From: Squalus acanthias
Taxonomy: Eukaryota
NCBI GenBank assembly: GCA_030390025.1
Contig: CM059432.1
Coordinates: forward strand, 127,474,001 to 127,538,000
Reading direction: 5' to 3'
DNA: 64,000 bases
The position numbers and the translations under genes were made by a program. The notes under the pieces were generated by a model, which was given only the letters and a program-made list of their open reading frames with translations, ran no database searches and was not told the origin of the DNA. Positions 51,084 to 62,827 of the stretch are shown one piece after another. How positions within the stretch are numbered: position 1 is the first letter of the stretch; every line of letters begins with the position of its first letter.

Positions 51084-51664
51084 TATCTGACTTGTGCCTT
51101 GTAAATGGTGGAAAGGCTTTGGGGAGTCAGGAGGTGAGACACTCGCCGCAAAACACCCAGCCTCTGCCCTGCTGTTGTAGCCACAGTATTTATGTGGCTG
51201 GTCCAGTTAAGTTTCTGGTCAATGGTCACTCCCCAGGATGTTGTGTGCCCATTTACATTACAAAAAATATGCACAAGAGGACAGCAATAAAATCCCTGAG
51301 AGAGCCTAGTTTCAACCTTAGTCTCAGCTGTCCATTGAAATGAATTGTCCCAACTGTGCATCTTTCCTTGGTTCTTGACCAGCTGCTAAATGGAGCGTGG
51401 CACAGTCGCAATCAGTTGGATCCTACTTTTGGGAGGAGAAGGACTGGTAAGAATAAGTCCACCTTGGAGGAGGGGGCCCTTTTCTCACCTGATCACAGAG
51501 CACACCATGATGGTGGCTGAAGGGAAACTTCTGACCAAGACCGTCCTACCCTTCCGCCTTCCTTGATGAAGGAAGGAGTGTAGAAACTAGAGGCACTAGT
51601 GGGAGACTTAACTGGGGATGAAACCAAGGGAAGAAGAAAAGGAAAGGAAATAATGTCAATTTAA

Positions 51665-51667
<3 letters not shown>

Positions 51668-51699
<32 letters not shown>
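51668..51699. repeat. (TA)n microsatellite just upstream of a ferlin acceptor
   Basis: atatat... about 16 units. Confidence 0.95.
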
Positions 51700-51701
<2 letters not shown>

Positions 51702-51714
51702 CCCTTTTCCAAAG

Positions 51715-51895
51715 GCAACTATGGGAAATTCAGTGCACCAGCTGAAAAGAAAAGGAAAAAAGTACAGGCTGAAAGTGAAGACACTAAAATGCTGCTCGAA
51801 TCTGAAGAGGAAGACCAGAGGACCGACACTGAAGATACTCTGCCCTGTCTCTCCATGACTCCACCTTGTTACCCAATTGATACTAAAGATGAAAG
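51715..51895 (+). pseudogene. Ferlin exon (GNYGKFSAPAEKKRKK...CLSMTPPCYPIDTKDE)
   Basis: ttccaaag acceptor, gttaca donor, 181 nt; completes FEVSIG-NYG and carries S-TPP. Confidence 0.85.
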
Positions 51896-52283
51896 GTTAC
51901 ATTTCATGTTAATTTCATTTTGCCAGTATATGAACCATATTTTAGAAAGTCAAGCGGCTTTGTTTGGGCAATTGCTGCCCTTAGAATCAGCTGCTGATGC
52001 ATCGGAATCTGAAACAAACCAGAACCACAAGGGTGCCTGAAATATCTCCGACATTTTGACTCAGGTGATATTCAAGTGAGCCTGGCAGCCGCCTTCAACA
52101 GTCATCAGGCCCCTTGCATATGTTAATGAGGTGCATAACGCCCGTTTAAGATCCCCTCCCGGAAATTCGTCTGCACTGAGCGCACACGTGCACAGGGCAT
52201 GCTTCCTTCCACTCAGGTTTTGGGGGTTTTCAGAGGTCGGCAACAAGTTTTAACTTTTTAACATTACACTAGTATTCCTGTAC

Positions 52284-52480
52284 TTACAGCACAGAAACAG
52301 GCCATTCGGCCCAACTTGTCCATGCGCCACACGAGCCTCCTCCCACCCTTCTTCGATTAACTCCATCAACATATCCTTCTATTCTTTTCTCCCTCATGTG
52401 TTTATCCAGTTTCCCTTTAAATGCATCTATGCTCGTCACCTCAACTACTCCTTCTATATTCTAGCCACTCTCTGGGTAAA
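52284..52480 (-). mobile_element. CR1 3' tail fragment
   Basis: acagcacagaaacaggccattcggccc. Confidence 0.7.
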
Positions 52481-53274
52481 AGGAGAACTGAGGTGAATCC
52501 TAATGAGTATTAGAAGGACTCAGTGTCAGTGGAAAGACAGATTGTAGATAGCGTCAAAGGTTTTAGTTCAGAATGCAAGAAACCATAGAATGATAAAAGG
52601 CTGTTTGGCACATCAAGCCTGCTTCTTCCTCAGACCATGCAGAAATAATTAATCATGGACTTTACCTACTTTTTTAATCTCCTGAGGGAAAGTTCTGCAT
52701 CATTTCTCCCCAACCCCCAAATGTAATCAAGCAAAATTACAGAATATCTATCCATCATCACAACTCAGCATTCAACCGTGTCTGCTTGCTTTCCATAAAG
52801 TCATCAGTCGTCACAGCCCAGTATGTTTTTAATCCCCATTTATACATATCTTCAATATAATTTCCAAATAGATATTTATTTCACTCTTTTATGAAGAAAT
52901 GAATTTGCACGGCATTAACTGCTTCTGCTAGAAGTCTGCTCCATATTTCCACTACATTCATACTAAATAAACTTGTATGTTATCTATTCCTCTAAGCTTT
53001 TTAACAACGTACATTATGTCCCCATTAAAACATAATTTTGCCAATAAAAATAAGGTTTAGCTGCATAACTGTCCAAAACTTACACCCAGATGGACCAGTC
53101 ATGGGTTTCTGTCTAATCTGCAGTTGAATCTGAAGTATATATTAATATGCTATGGTGTCCTAACTTTGGAAGATTTCAGTTTCTGTCCTATTCCCATGTG
53201 ACTGGCAGAGCTTTGCACCTGAACCATTTTATCAAAAATGTCTTTGGCTTGAAACTTCGGGAATGTTTAGTAAA

Positions 53275-53605
53275 GGTGTCAGCCTTGGCTCAATGACAGC
53301 ATTCTTACCTTTGAGTCAGAAGGTCGGGGATTCAAGCCCCACTCCAAAGGCTTGAGCACACAATCTAGGCCGACACTTCAGTGCAGTACTTAGGGAGTGC
53401 TGCACTGTCTGAGGTGCTGTCTTTCAGAAGAGTCATTAAACCAAGACCCTGTAAAAGATCCCATGGTACTATTCGAAGAAGAGGGGGGGAGTTTTCCTGG
53501 CCAGCATTTATCCCTTAACCAACATCATTAAAACATATTATCTGGCCATTGACCTCATTGCTGTTTGTGGGAACTTGTGCTGCGAGGTTGGTCTACGTTA
53601 CCTTT
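53275..53605 (+). mobile_element. tRNA-derived DeuSINE (SacSINE1-like)
   Basis: A/B-box-like head (tggctcaatg...gattcaagccc) and Deu domain gtaaaagatcccatggtactattcgaagaaga...ctcattgctgtttgtggga. Confidence 0.75.
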
Positions 53606-53702
53606 ATACAACATTTTAATTTGTACAAAAAACACCCATAATAAGCTTGTATTAGTGTCCCGTTATGTGATACAGTCAAACAGTTTAACCTTTTATTTTC
53701 AG

Positions 53703-54491
53703 CTCTTTGTACTGCATCCCATATCAAGATAGAAAACCCTGTGGGCTGGATTTTCATTGACCCATGGAGGCAGGTTTGGAGGCGTGTGGGGGGTTAAAAT
53801 TGCAAAAACTGGCGGGTGGGCACAAGCCTGCCTCCATCCCGCCTCCACGCAATTTTCATTAAATCATGTCTGCTGGTCCTGACTCCGTCCCACCTCTAAG
53901 AGGTGGGATAGTATGTTAAGGCCCTTAACAAGCACTAAGTTGCCTCTATAATGTCATTTTGAAAGGCCTTTGTGATTTTAACCCTTTTTCTACGTGAAGC
54001 ACGCCTGTTCTGAACCACGAATGTGAAACCTGGCGGGAGCACATTTGGATAGCTGGCTGGCTATGGGGATGCACATATGGATGGATGGGGAGGAGACATA
54101 TCTGGGAGTGGTGGTGTAAAAATATCTGGGAGCAGACTTAGGGTTGCTGCTCATTTTCCATCCAGGTCCTCTCACAGCAAAGGCCAGGCAGTCTTTGCAG
54201 ACCTTCATTGCAGCAGCAATGATGACATCATCAGAGGCGACTTTCAGACTGAAAACATTAATTGGTTCATGGGTTCCCATATGCTGGAACTCAATTGCCC
54301 AATTAGGTGAAAATTGCATCAATCTCCCACATCCAATTGCAGTCGGGTGAATAACACGAAAAGTGGATGACACGACCCCAACCCGCCCCAGTATCAAAAT
54401 CCAGCCCACGTGTGTCTATATGGAGCTACTGGGAAACCACTGCTGGTGGTTGCACATCTCAAATGCAATCATACAGATCACAGATGTATTG
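53703..54491 (+). pseudogene. Ferlin exon interrupted by a MITE (SLYCIPYQDRKPC / VSIWSYWE-HCWWLHISNAIIQITDVL)
   Basis: tttcag acceptor; KPC...WSYWE joins across the 53743-54407 insertion; extra frameshift ~54436; donor degenerate. Confidence 0.8.
53743..54407. mobile_element. Harbinger-type MITE (GGGCTGGATTTT TIR) inside a ferlin exon
   Basis: Perfect TIRs; TSD degenerate. Confidence 0.85.
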
Positions 54492-54715
54492 TTTAGTGGG
54501 TATTTAAAGTTTGCCCCGTCAATAATGCTTAAAACTTAACATTTTCTTCTTTGAATTTGTTTTTTTTTGAGGGGGGGAGCAGTAGAAGTGAATGTTGAAC
54601 TAAAATGCAAATGTGTTTGTGTTTTATATTAGCAAAATATATTTTTTGTTTGGTTTTGACTTGTTTTTAATCATTAATTGGTGATTTTTTTTGTGCTGAT
54701 CAAGTAAAGGGATGT

Positions 54716-54977
54716 TGTTGAGGCTGCCGCGAAACACGAATGGAGGCTGAATCCATATGTGGAAAACAAGAAACTTTTATTCACTGCATGGCACACAAAA
54801 TGGCTGAGAAAGCTGCTCCCAGAATTCTCTGGAAAAACTCCCAGAATTCTCTGGGTAAAACCTGAGGCCCCGCCCCCTTCTGCCTTAAAGGTAAGGTGCC
54901 TTAAAGGGGAAGGTGCTGGAAATTTGTCCACAGACGGAAAAGTGGATTATGCCCGTTTTAGGTGGCGATCCGCCACA
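54716..54977 (-). repeat. 3' LTR
   Basis: Direct repeat of 58789-59050; adjacent polypurine tract (cagctcccccc on plus strand). Confidence 0.95.
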
Positions 54978-57900
54978 CAGCTCCCCCCAGAATCCGCTTA
55001 GTAGGTGTGGACGAGACGGTGCGGCGGGCTGATGGGCCGGCCGGAGCGGCTCTTGTAGGACGCCGGTGGACGTGGAACGGCCGGGCGTGGAGCAGCCGGG
55101 TGAACCGGCTTGAGGGCAGGTCGGCCACGTGGAGGTGGACGAGCTACAGGGACCTGCTCCCCGGGCTCCGAGTGTGCTGTCTTGAGTCGGTCCACCGACA
55201 CTTTTTCGGTCCTGTCGCCCACTTGCAGGGTGAAAAATTTGTCCCCAGCCTGTAGCACCTTGTAGGGCCCGTCGTACGGGGGTTGAAGGGGTCCGCGGTG
55301 GGCGTCGTGCCGGACGAAAACAAACCGTGCCTGGTGCAGGCTTAGTGGGACGTGTGAGGTGGATTCGCCGTGTCAGGCAATGGGCACCGGGGCGAACTGC
55401 AGCGCCGGTGAGGCGAAGTCGTGGCGTTGCTGGTCGGCTGACCAGGGTGTCGTGGCGGTGGGCAGGAACTCGCCGGGTACGCGCAGCGGCTGACCGTACA
55501 CGAGCTCTGCTGCCGATGCGTGGAGGTCTTCCTTAACCGCGGTGCACAGGCCGAAGAGGACCCACGGAAGTTGGTCGGTCCAGGCGCCGTCTTGGAGGCT
55601 GGCTCGAAGAGATGCCTTCAAGGATCTGTGGAACCGCTCACACAGTCCGTTGGCTTGGGGGTGGTACGCTGTGGTGCGGTGGATGGTCACCCCGAGATTG
55701 CGTGCGACGGCAGTCCAGAGTTCAGAGGTAAATTGCGGACCTCTGTCCGACGTCATGTCAGAGGGGACGCCGAACCGTGCGACCTAGGTGCTGACGAAGG
55801 CTCTGGCGATGTCGGCGGTGGTGGTAGAGGTCAGTGGAATTGCCTCAGGCCAGCGTGTGGTGCGGTCAACGATGGTCAGCAAGTGCGTGTGGCCTTGCGA
55901 CGGCGGCAGGGGCCCGACAATGTCCACGTGGATGTGGTCGAATCTCCGCGAGGGGACGGTAAACTCCTCGAGGGGTGCTTTCGTGTGTTGCTGTACCTTG
56001 GCCTGTTGGCAGGATAGGCAGGAGTTGGCCCAAGTACGCACATCCTTGCGAAGGCCGCGCCAGACAAAGCGGTTGGCTACCAATTTGATGGATGCGCGGG
56101 CGCCGGGGTGGGAGAGGTTGTGGAGAATGTCGAATACCCGGCGGCGCCAGGACGCTGGGACGACGGGCCGAGGTTGACATAGGGATATGTCGCACTTGAC
56201 CGTGACTGCGGTCGGGCCACAGGCGACGTCGGCCAGGCGTAGCCCTGGTAGGTTGGTGGGTGCGGAGAGCAGATCCGGGTCGGTGATCTGGTCTGCTGCG
56301 AGTTGAGCGTAGTCGACTGCTAGGTGTGCGGCGTGGATGGCGGGGCGGGAGAGGCAGTTGGCTACCACATTGTCTCGGGTGGAGTCGTGTTGGATGTCCG
56401 TGGTGAACTCGGACACTGCCGTGAGCTGGCGCTGCTGCCTGGCGGACCAGGGGTCGGTTGTCTTTGCCATTGCGAATGTCAGGGGCTTGTGGTCAACAAA
56501 CGCAGTGAAGGGGTGGCCCTCAAGCAAAAACCGGAAATGGCGGACCGCCAGGAACAGCGCGAGGAGCTCGCGGTTGAAGGTGCTGTACTTGACCTCCGGG
56601 GGGCGTAGTTGGCGGCTGAAGAAGGCAAGTGGTTGCCAGGCGCCGTCGACCCACTGCTCATACATGGCGCCGACCGCGTGGTCGGAGGCGTCCATGGTGA
56701 GCGCTACCCTGGCATTGGGCCGTGGGTGCATGAGCAGGGTGGCGTTGGCGAGCGCGGTCTTGGTGGAATCGAAGGCGGCGGACGCGTCTGCCGTCCATTC
56801 GACCGCCATCTTGCCGCTCCTGCCCCGGAGGGCTTCATACAGGGGCCTCATAGGGACGCCACTTTGGGGATGAAGCGGTTATAGAAATTCACCATCCCGA
56901 GGAACTCCTGGAGGCCTTTGATGGTGGTGGAGCGGGGAAATTGTTGGACGGCCTGCACCTTGGTGGGCAGGGGAATGGCCCCAGCATGGGTGATGTGGTG
57001 GCCGAGGAAGTCGATCTTGTCCAGGCCGAACTGGCATTTGGCTGGGCTGAGGATGAGCCCGTGGTCGCTGAGGCGCCCGAACAGGATGCGAAGGTGTTCG
57101 AGGTGTTCCTGCTTGGAGGAACTGGCTACCAGGATGTCGTCCAGGTAGACGAACAGGAACTCAGGTCCCGAAGGACTGAGTCCATGAGCCGTTGGAATGT
57201 CTGGGCCGCATTTTTGAGGCCGAAGGGCATCCGCAGGAACTCGAACAGGCCGAAGGGGGTGATTACGGCCGTCTTGGGGACGTCCGCGGGGTGGACGGGG
57301 ACTTGGTGGTAGCCGCGCACCAAGTCGACCTTGGAAAAGACTGAGCGGCCGGCCAGTCTAGCCGAGAAGTCCTGAATGTGCGGCACGGGGTACCGATCAG
57401 GGGTGGTGGCGTCATTGAGGCGGCGGTAATCCCCGCAGGGGCGCCAACCTCCGCCTGGTTTGGGGGCGATGTGGAGTGGGGAGGCCCAGGGACTGTTGGA
57501 GCGGTGGATGATGCCGAGCTGTTCCATGGTGGCAAACTCGGTCCGCGCGATCTCCAGTTTGGCCGGGTCCAGCCTGCGGGCATGGGCATACACTGGGGGG
57601 CCTGTGGTGGGGATGAAGTGTTCCACCCCGTGTTTGGCGGCCTCCGTGGAGAAGGTCGGATTGGTAAGGGCCGGGAATTCGGCCAGGAGTGCCGAGTAGT
57701 CATCCGTGGACCGGGCGTGGCACTGTGACGCCATGTCGGCGGGTTGACGGGGGGCCATGGCGCCCAGGATGGGGGACATGGTGTTCATGTCCACGAGGCG
57801 GTGACGAGGGATGTCTACCAGTAGGCCGTGGGCGCACAGGAAATCTGCGCCGATGAGGGGGGAGAGCACCTTGGCAGTGATGAACTCCCATCGGTAGCGG

Positions 57901-58773
57901 TGACCAGCGAGGTCGAGGGTGACTGTCCGGGTGCCATACGTCTGGATTTCCGAGCTGTTAGCAGCAGCCAGCGCCGGTCCTCATTCGCCCTTTTGGATGT
58001 CGAGGGAGGAGGCCGGGATGATGCTGTGCTGAGCCCCAGTGTCGCACAGGAACCGGCGGCCGGTTTTGTCATCCGTGACGAACAGCAGGGAGCCCGCGTG
58101 GCCCACGGCCATCGCGGGGGCTGGAACGGGGGCGGACTTGAAAGAGCAGGGAGGTGTGCACCGTTGTGCCCTGGCGCCGAACCGTGCGTGGTAGTAACAG
58201 TGGCCCGGGTTAGTGGGGCGCGAAGGCCCCGTGGGCCTGGTGACAGGCCCTTGTGGCCGCGTGCTGGATGGTGAGGGGCGCGCCCAGGCATTGGCTGCCA
58301 GGTCCGGAGTGACGTCGCGGCTGGAGTGAGCGGACAGCAGCTTGTCGGCCTCATCGGCCAGGGCTTCCAGGTTCGTGAGGCCGGACGCCACGATCGCTGG
58401 GCGGATGCTGAGAGGGAGCTGGTGGATGAACAGCATGCGGAAGAGGGATCCGGGTGGGCTCTCGTCGGTGAGGGAGAGCATGTGGGAGAGGAGGTCTGAC
58501 GGTGAGGCATTACCGAGGCCTGGAAGGTCGAGGAGGTGGCAGTTTCGCTGATATGCCAAGGCCGTAAATTTTTTAAGGAGTGCTGTCCTGAGGTGTGCGT
58601 ACTTGCCTTCCTCTGGTGGGTTCTGCAGCGTTGTCCAAACCTTGGAAACTGTGGCGCTACTGAGTGATGTGACGAGATAGTCGTACTTCGTCCCATCTGT
58701 GGTGATATTTCGCAGCCGGAAGCGAGATTCAGCGTTCGTGTCCGCCATTGCAGTGCTCGGAATACGTTCTGAG

Positions 58774-58787
58774 CGTCGGGGTCACCA
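58774..58787 (-). promoter_or_regulatory. Primer-binding site, tRNA-Trp type
   Basis: TGGTGACCCCGACG one base after the 5' LTR; complementary to the tRNA-Trp 3' end. Confidence 0.85.
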
Positions 58788-58788
58788 A

Positions 58789-59050
58789 TGTTGAGGCTGC
58801 CGCGAAACACGAATGGAGGCTGAATCCATATGTCGAAAACAAGAAACTTTTATTCACTGCATGGCACACAAAATGGCTGAGAAAGCTGCTCCCAGAATTC
58901 TCTGGAAAAACTCCCAGAATTCTCTGGGTAAAACCTGAGGCCCTGCCCCCTTCTGCCTTAAAGGTAAGGTGCCTTAAAGGGGAAGGTGCTGGAAATTTGA
59001 TCACAGATAGAAGAGTGGATTATGCCCGTTTTAGGTGGCGATCCGCCACA
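58789..59050 (-). repeat. 5' LTR
   Basis: 7 mismatches to the 3' LTR by manual count. Confidence 0.95.
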
Positions 59051-59094
59051 ATGTTAGTATTGGGATTGGAGCATTTCCTATTTTGGGCACCCAG

Positions 59095-59282
59095 AGCCAG
59101 CATCAAGCACTCCCTTGTCAGATATATCGTACCCATCTACAGAGTAAAGCTCCCACTAACCTGCCCCACAACTATGTTCCTTAATCCCAGCCTCAGGAAT
59201 GCATCCCCTAATGCACCAATATAACATTTTGCACTCTCCTTGCTAGCCATCCTGAGAGCCTCTCTGAGCTAGATTTGCCAAT
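59095..59282 (-). mobile_element. Ancient LF-SINE-like remnant
   Basis: Recalled similarity of gggattaaggaacatagttgtggggcagg...gggagctttactctg; weak. Confidence 0.35.
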
Positions 59283-59365
59283 TATGGGTTGAAATTACTC
59301 AGTGCTATTTTTAATTGCGTGGCTGACACATTCAGGTAAAATCTTTATGTGTGCTAATTTAATGA

Positions 59366-59757
59366 AGCCGTCAGTTTTGGGTCCATTAGTCTTTTCAATT
59401 TGTATAAACGACCTAGACTCGGATATAGGGAGCAGCATTGTAAAGTTTGCAGATGATATGAAACTTGGCACCATAACAGATAGTGATGAGGATATTTGAC
59501 TTCAGGACGACACCGACAGGATGGTGAAATGGGCAGAAGCAAGGCAGATGGAGTTCAATGCAGAGAAGTGTGAAGTGATGCACTTTGGGAGGACTAACAT
59601 GGAAAGACAGCATACTATAAATGGCATGATTTTGAAAAATGTAGATCAGCAGAGAGACCCTGGCGTCCATATACACAAATCCTTAAAGGTAGCAGGGCAA
59701 GTTGATAAGGTGGTTAAAAAAGCACATGGGTTACTTGGGTTTATAAATAGAGGCATA
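59366..59757 (+). mobile_element. CR1 RT fragment ending at a MITE
   Basis: SVLGPL...INDLD...KFADD...MEFNAEKCEVMHFG. Confidence 0.85.
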
Positions 59758-60477
59758 GGGGTAAAAATTGGGGTGGGTTACGTAGGTGGGGGGGGGTGGT
59801 GCAGTTTCAGATGGGAAACGGGTTTCCCCACACGTGTATTTTTAACTCCATTGCGTGCTTCTTTTGGCCCTGACAGGTTCCTTGCCTGGAAGTCAGCCCA
59901 ATTGACAGACTTGTGTTCCAGTGGGGCAGGGAGCAGGCTGCAGGACCAGGTAGGTCCGATCCCTGACTCCGGGGTGGGGGGTCCGATTCCGATCCCAGAC
60001 CCCGTGGGGGTGTCCAATCTGGGTGGGGGGTCCAATCCCAGACCCCGGGGGCATTTGTATTGCGGGGGTCTGATGGGGAGTGGGTGGGGGGGGGGGATGT
60101 GTGCAGAGCTTGGGGGGCCGGGGGTGGGAAGCACTCCTGCTCCTCCAGGCCCACAAGCAGTGCTGTAAAGCACTTACCTTCTCTCAGAAGCTGTCCTCGC
60201 CTTGCTTCAGCTGCCGGGTTTCTCGAGGCCTGGGAAGCCCGGCCGCCCATGGTTAAACCTGCAAATCAGGTTAAATCAGAGGCTGCCAGCCTCATTAACA
60301 TACTTAAAATGCCAACCCACCTCCTGGGAGTGGGTTGACTGCCTGCCCCTTGTCCCATCTCCATAAAACCCGGAAGTCGGCAGGCTGGAGCTGGCTTCCC
60401 AACACGCTCGGAATTTTTCCCGATTTAATCCCCCACCCGCACCCAATCCCACGCGCTTACCCATGTTAAAATTCCCC
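59758..60477. mobile_element. Harbinger-type MITE
   Basis: ggggtaaaaatt / aaaattcccc ends. Confidence 0.55.
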
Positions 60478-60967
60478 ACAGTAACTCTGTTTCTCTCTTT
60501 CCAGTTATGATGTTAATTGCTGGTTGCGGCAGAAGTAAATATAAGATATCAGTCATGTAACGAGTAATACAATAGGACAAGGCTGTTTTTCCCTCCTGGT
60601 TGACTTCAAGTTTAATATATTATATAAGAGCATGATCAAAGCTAAACCTTTTGTACCTACAACTCTGTAATTGGATATTCCAACTTATCCTCCAGTGGTT
60701 TTCTTGATGGGGAGCAAACTGCAAAGTAGAATTTGGAAGTAACTGCTGAGAAGTTATTGACAGAAACAAAAAGCTAAAATTTTTAGCATTTGTCAAAACA
60801 GTTGTATTGACGAGGCTGTTGTACTAGGCAAAATTTCTTGCAAATCAGTTCAGTGTCCAGTTCAATAAGTAGGAATTCTCTGTGCTAATGGACCAAATTC
60901 TATATAAACCAAATTGGAGGTGAAGTCCAGAACAAGGGGACGTAATCTTAAAATCCAAACTAAAGCA

Positions 60968-61470
60968 GTCACTGCTGCTCTGTAGACCATGAGCTTAGTG
61001 CCGGGTTTGAGGTCCTGGTCTTCAAACACTCTCTTCCTCAGGCGACCGAAGGCTGCACTGGCACACTGAAGGCGGTGTTGGACTTCGTCGTCGACGTCTG
61101 CCCTTGTTGACAGTAGGCTCCCGAGGTATGGAAAGTGGTCCACGTTGTCCAAAGCCTTGTCGTGGATTTTGATAATTGGGGGGCAGTACTGTGTGGCGGG
61201 GGTAGGTTGGTAGACGACCTTTGTCTTGCGGATGTTTAGTGTAAGGCCCATGCTCTCGTACGCTTCAGTGAAGGTGTTGACGATGGTTTGGAGTTCAACC
61301 TCCGAGTGAGCGCAGATGCAAGCGTCGTCTGCATACTGTAATTCGACGACAGAGGATGGGACGACCTTGGATCTGGACTGGAGGCGACGGAGGTTGAACA
61401 GTTTCCCGTTTGTTCTGTAAATTAGCTCCACTCCAGTGGGGAGCTTACTGAGGGTGAGATGGAGCATTGC
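60968..61470 (-). mobile_element. Internal RTE fragment, same family as 29299
   Basis: ORF 60862-61476 nearly identical to the 29820-30310 region. Confidence 0.9.
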
Positions 61471-61499
61471 CCCCATAGGCCGTGAAGGAGCATGAGGGC

Positions 61500-62080
61500 C
61501 GGGAGATTTTAACCCCCGAGCCTCATTTGTGCACCGTGAGTCTGACTCCCATCCAAAGCCGACGGGAATGACGTCACCGCTGACGGACGGGAGTCTAATT
61601 GCGGGAGGTCAGGCTGCCGCCGGCGACCTGTGGAAGTGATCCCTGGCAAGGTAAGTAGGGACTGGGGGAGGGGATCAGCAAGTCGGCGATCAGGGGAGGG
61701 TGAGGGGAAGCCCACTGTAGGGGAGGCCCAAGGTATCCGTATGGAGTCAGGTGAAGCACTCCAACTCCTCCTGGCCCACAAGGAACATGTAAACATTTTA
61801 AAAAGAATCCTGGCCCTGGATCCTTGCTGCCAGGTCGGAGACTGTAAGGGTCATAGTCGGGCCCGTGATTAAAATGGAGTGTGACGACCCCATCAGGATG
61901 CAACACTGACATTGAAATTAAGCCCTTGCTGTTCAGGGGCAGTCGGCCTTTCTGTGCCTGAAGCCAATTTAGTAAAAATGATGGGAGGCGGGAATGCATC
62001 AGGAATGAAATGCAAACCTGACCCGCCATCTTACTCTCCCCGCCCACACTGTTCCCGTGGGCAGGGGTTAAAATTGGCCC
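61500..62080. mobile_element. Harbinger-type MITE
   Basis: gggagattttaacccc / ggggttaaaattggccc. Confidence 0.6.
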
Positions 62081-62827
62081 TTAAGTTTCTCTTACAAAAA
62101 ACATAAGAATAATAAATAAAATAAGGAGTTTTTGGGACCGTGTTCCAGTTTGACTAAATTGATGTCCACTGAGCAGTAACGTCATTAGGTAAAAATTAGT
62201 CCAGAATACAGTTACATGGAAGGAGTATTTTTTCTGAAAAAAGGAAGAACAAACTTGTATTTTTTTAGCGCCTCATTACACACTCAAGATGTTCCAAAGT
62301 GGTTTTCAACCATTTAATTATTTTTTGAAGTTTACTGCCCAAGCGGTGAAGGTGAAAATGACCCCCACTATTTTATTCACTTTCCTACAGTCTATTAAGT
62401 TTGTCGCTATAATTGTGGCTAAACTTGTGTTCAGGACCTATATATAACTACAAATTCTGCCCTCATTTAAGCAGAATAATAAATATATCAATTCTTTGTT
62501 GAATTGGCAAATTGGAGCTTCAATACACTCCACTGAACAGAGCTCGAATGCAGGCTTGTGCCCATAATTCCTCAGCATGCTGCACTCCTATTCTCAGTCT
62601 CACTGCCATGATGATGCACAGGGCAGGTTACAGAGTTGACCTATAAGAAAAGAGAGAATTTCTTATGGTGCAGCTGTGGATGCTAGTGACAAATTGCATT
62701 TAAGCTCCATTGTGGTAATGCAATGGGTATTAAGGCAACCACAGGCTGGGGTGGGTTGGGTTCATTATCAATCTTCCCCTAATAGAAAATGGAACAGTCC
62801 TTTACTACAAGTGAACTACATCCAGAT

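Larger units (their letters stand above)
46682..51243 (-). mobile_element. Second CR1/L2-group LINE family, split into 46682-47197 and 51085-51243 by nested insertions
   Basis: IYKAQVR (51085) continues as SVMEYSPLAW (47197); same 3' tail recurs at 19168-19260. Confidence 0.8.
54716..59050 (-). mobile_element. Full-length Ty3/Gypsy LTR retrotransposon (gag-PR-RT-RH-IN), disrupted, 4-bp TSD ATGT
   Basis: 262-bp LTRs TG...CA; DTGA protease; RT PFGLKNA and YLDD; RNase H DAS; integrase HPG...CLSC, HVDIVGP, SDRGPQF; GPY. Confidence 0.96.

Noticed and set aside
53280..53345. tRNA-like A/B boxes
   Set aside because: Head of a tRNA-derived SINE; no cloverleaf.
55327..58551. Many plus-strand ORFs over the Gypsy element
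   Set aside because: Antisense shadows of GC-rich gag-pol coding sequence.
60505..60530. Acceptor-like ctctttccag followed by MMLIAGC, resembling the end of a ferlin exon
   Set aside because: Too short and no donor; could be a remnant but not supportable.
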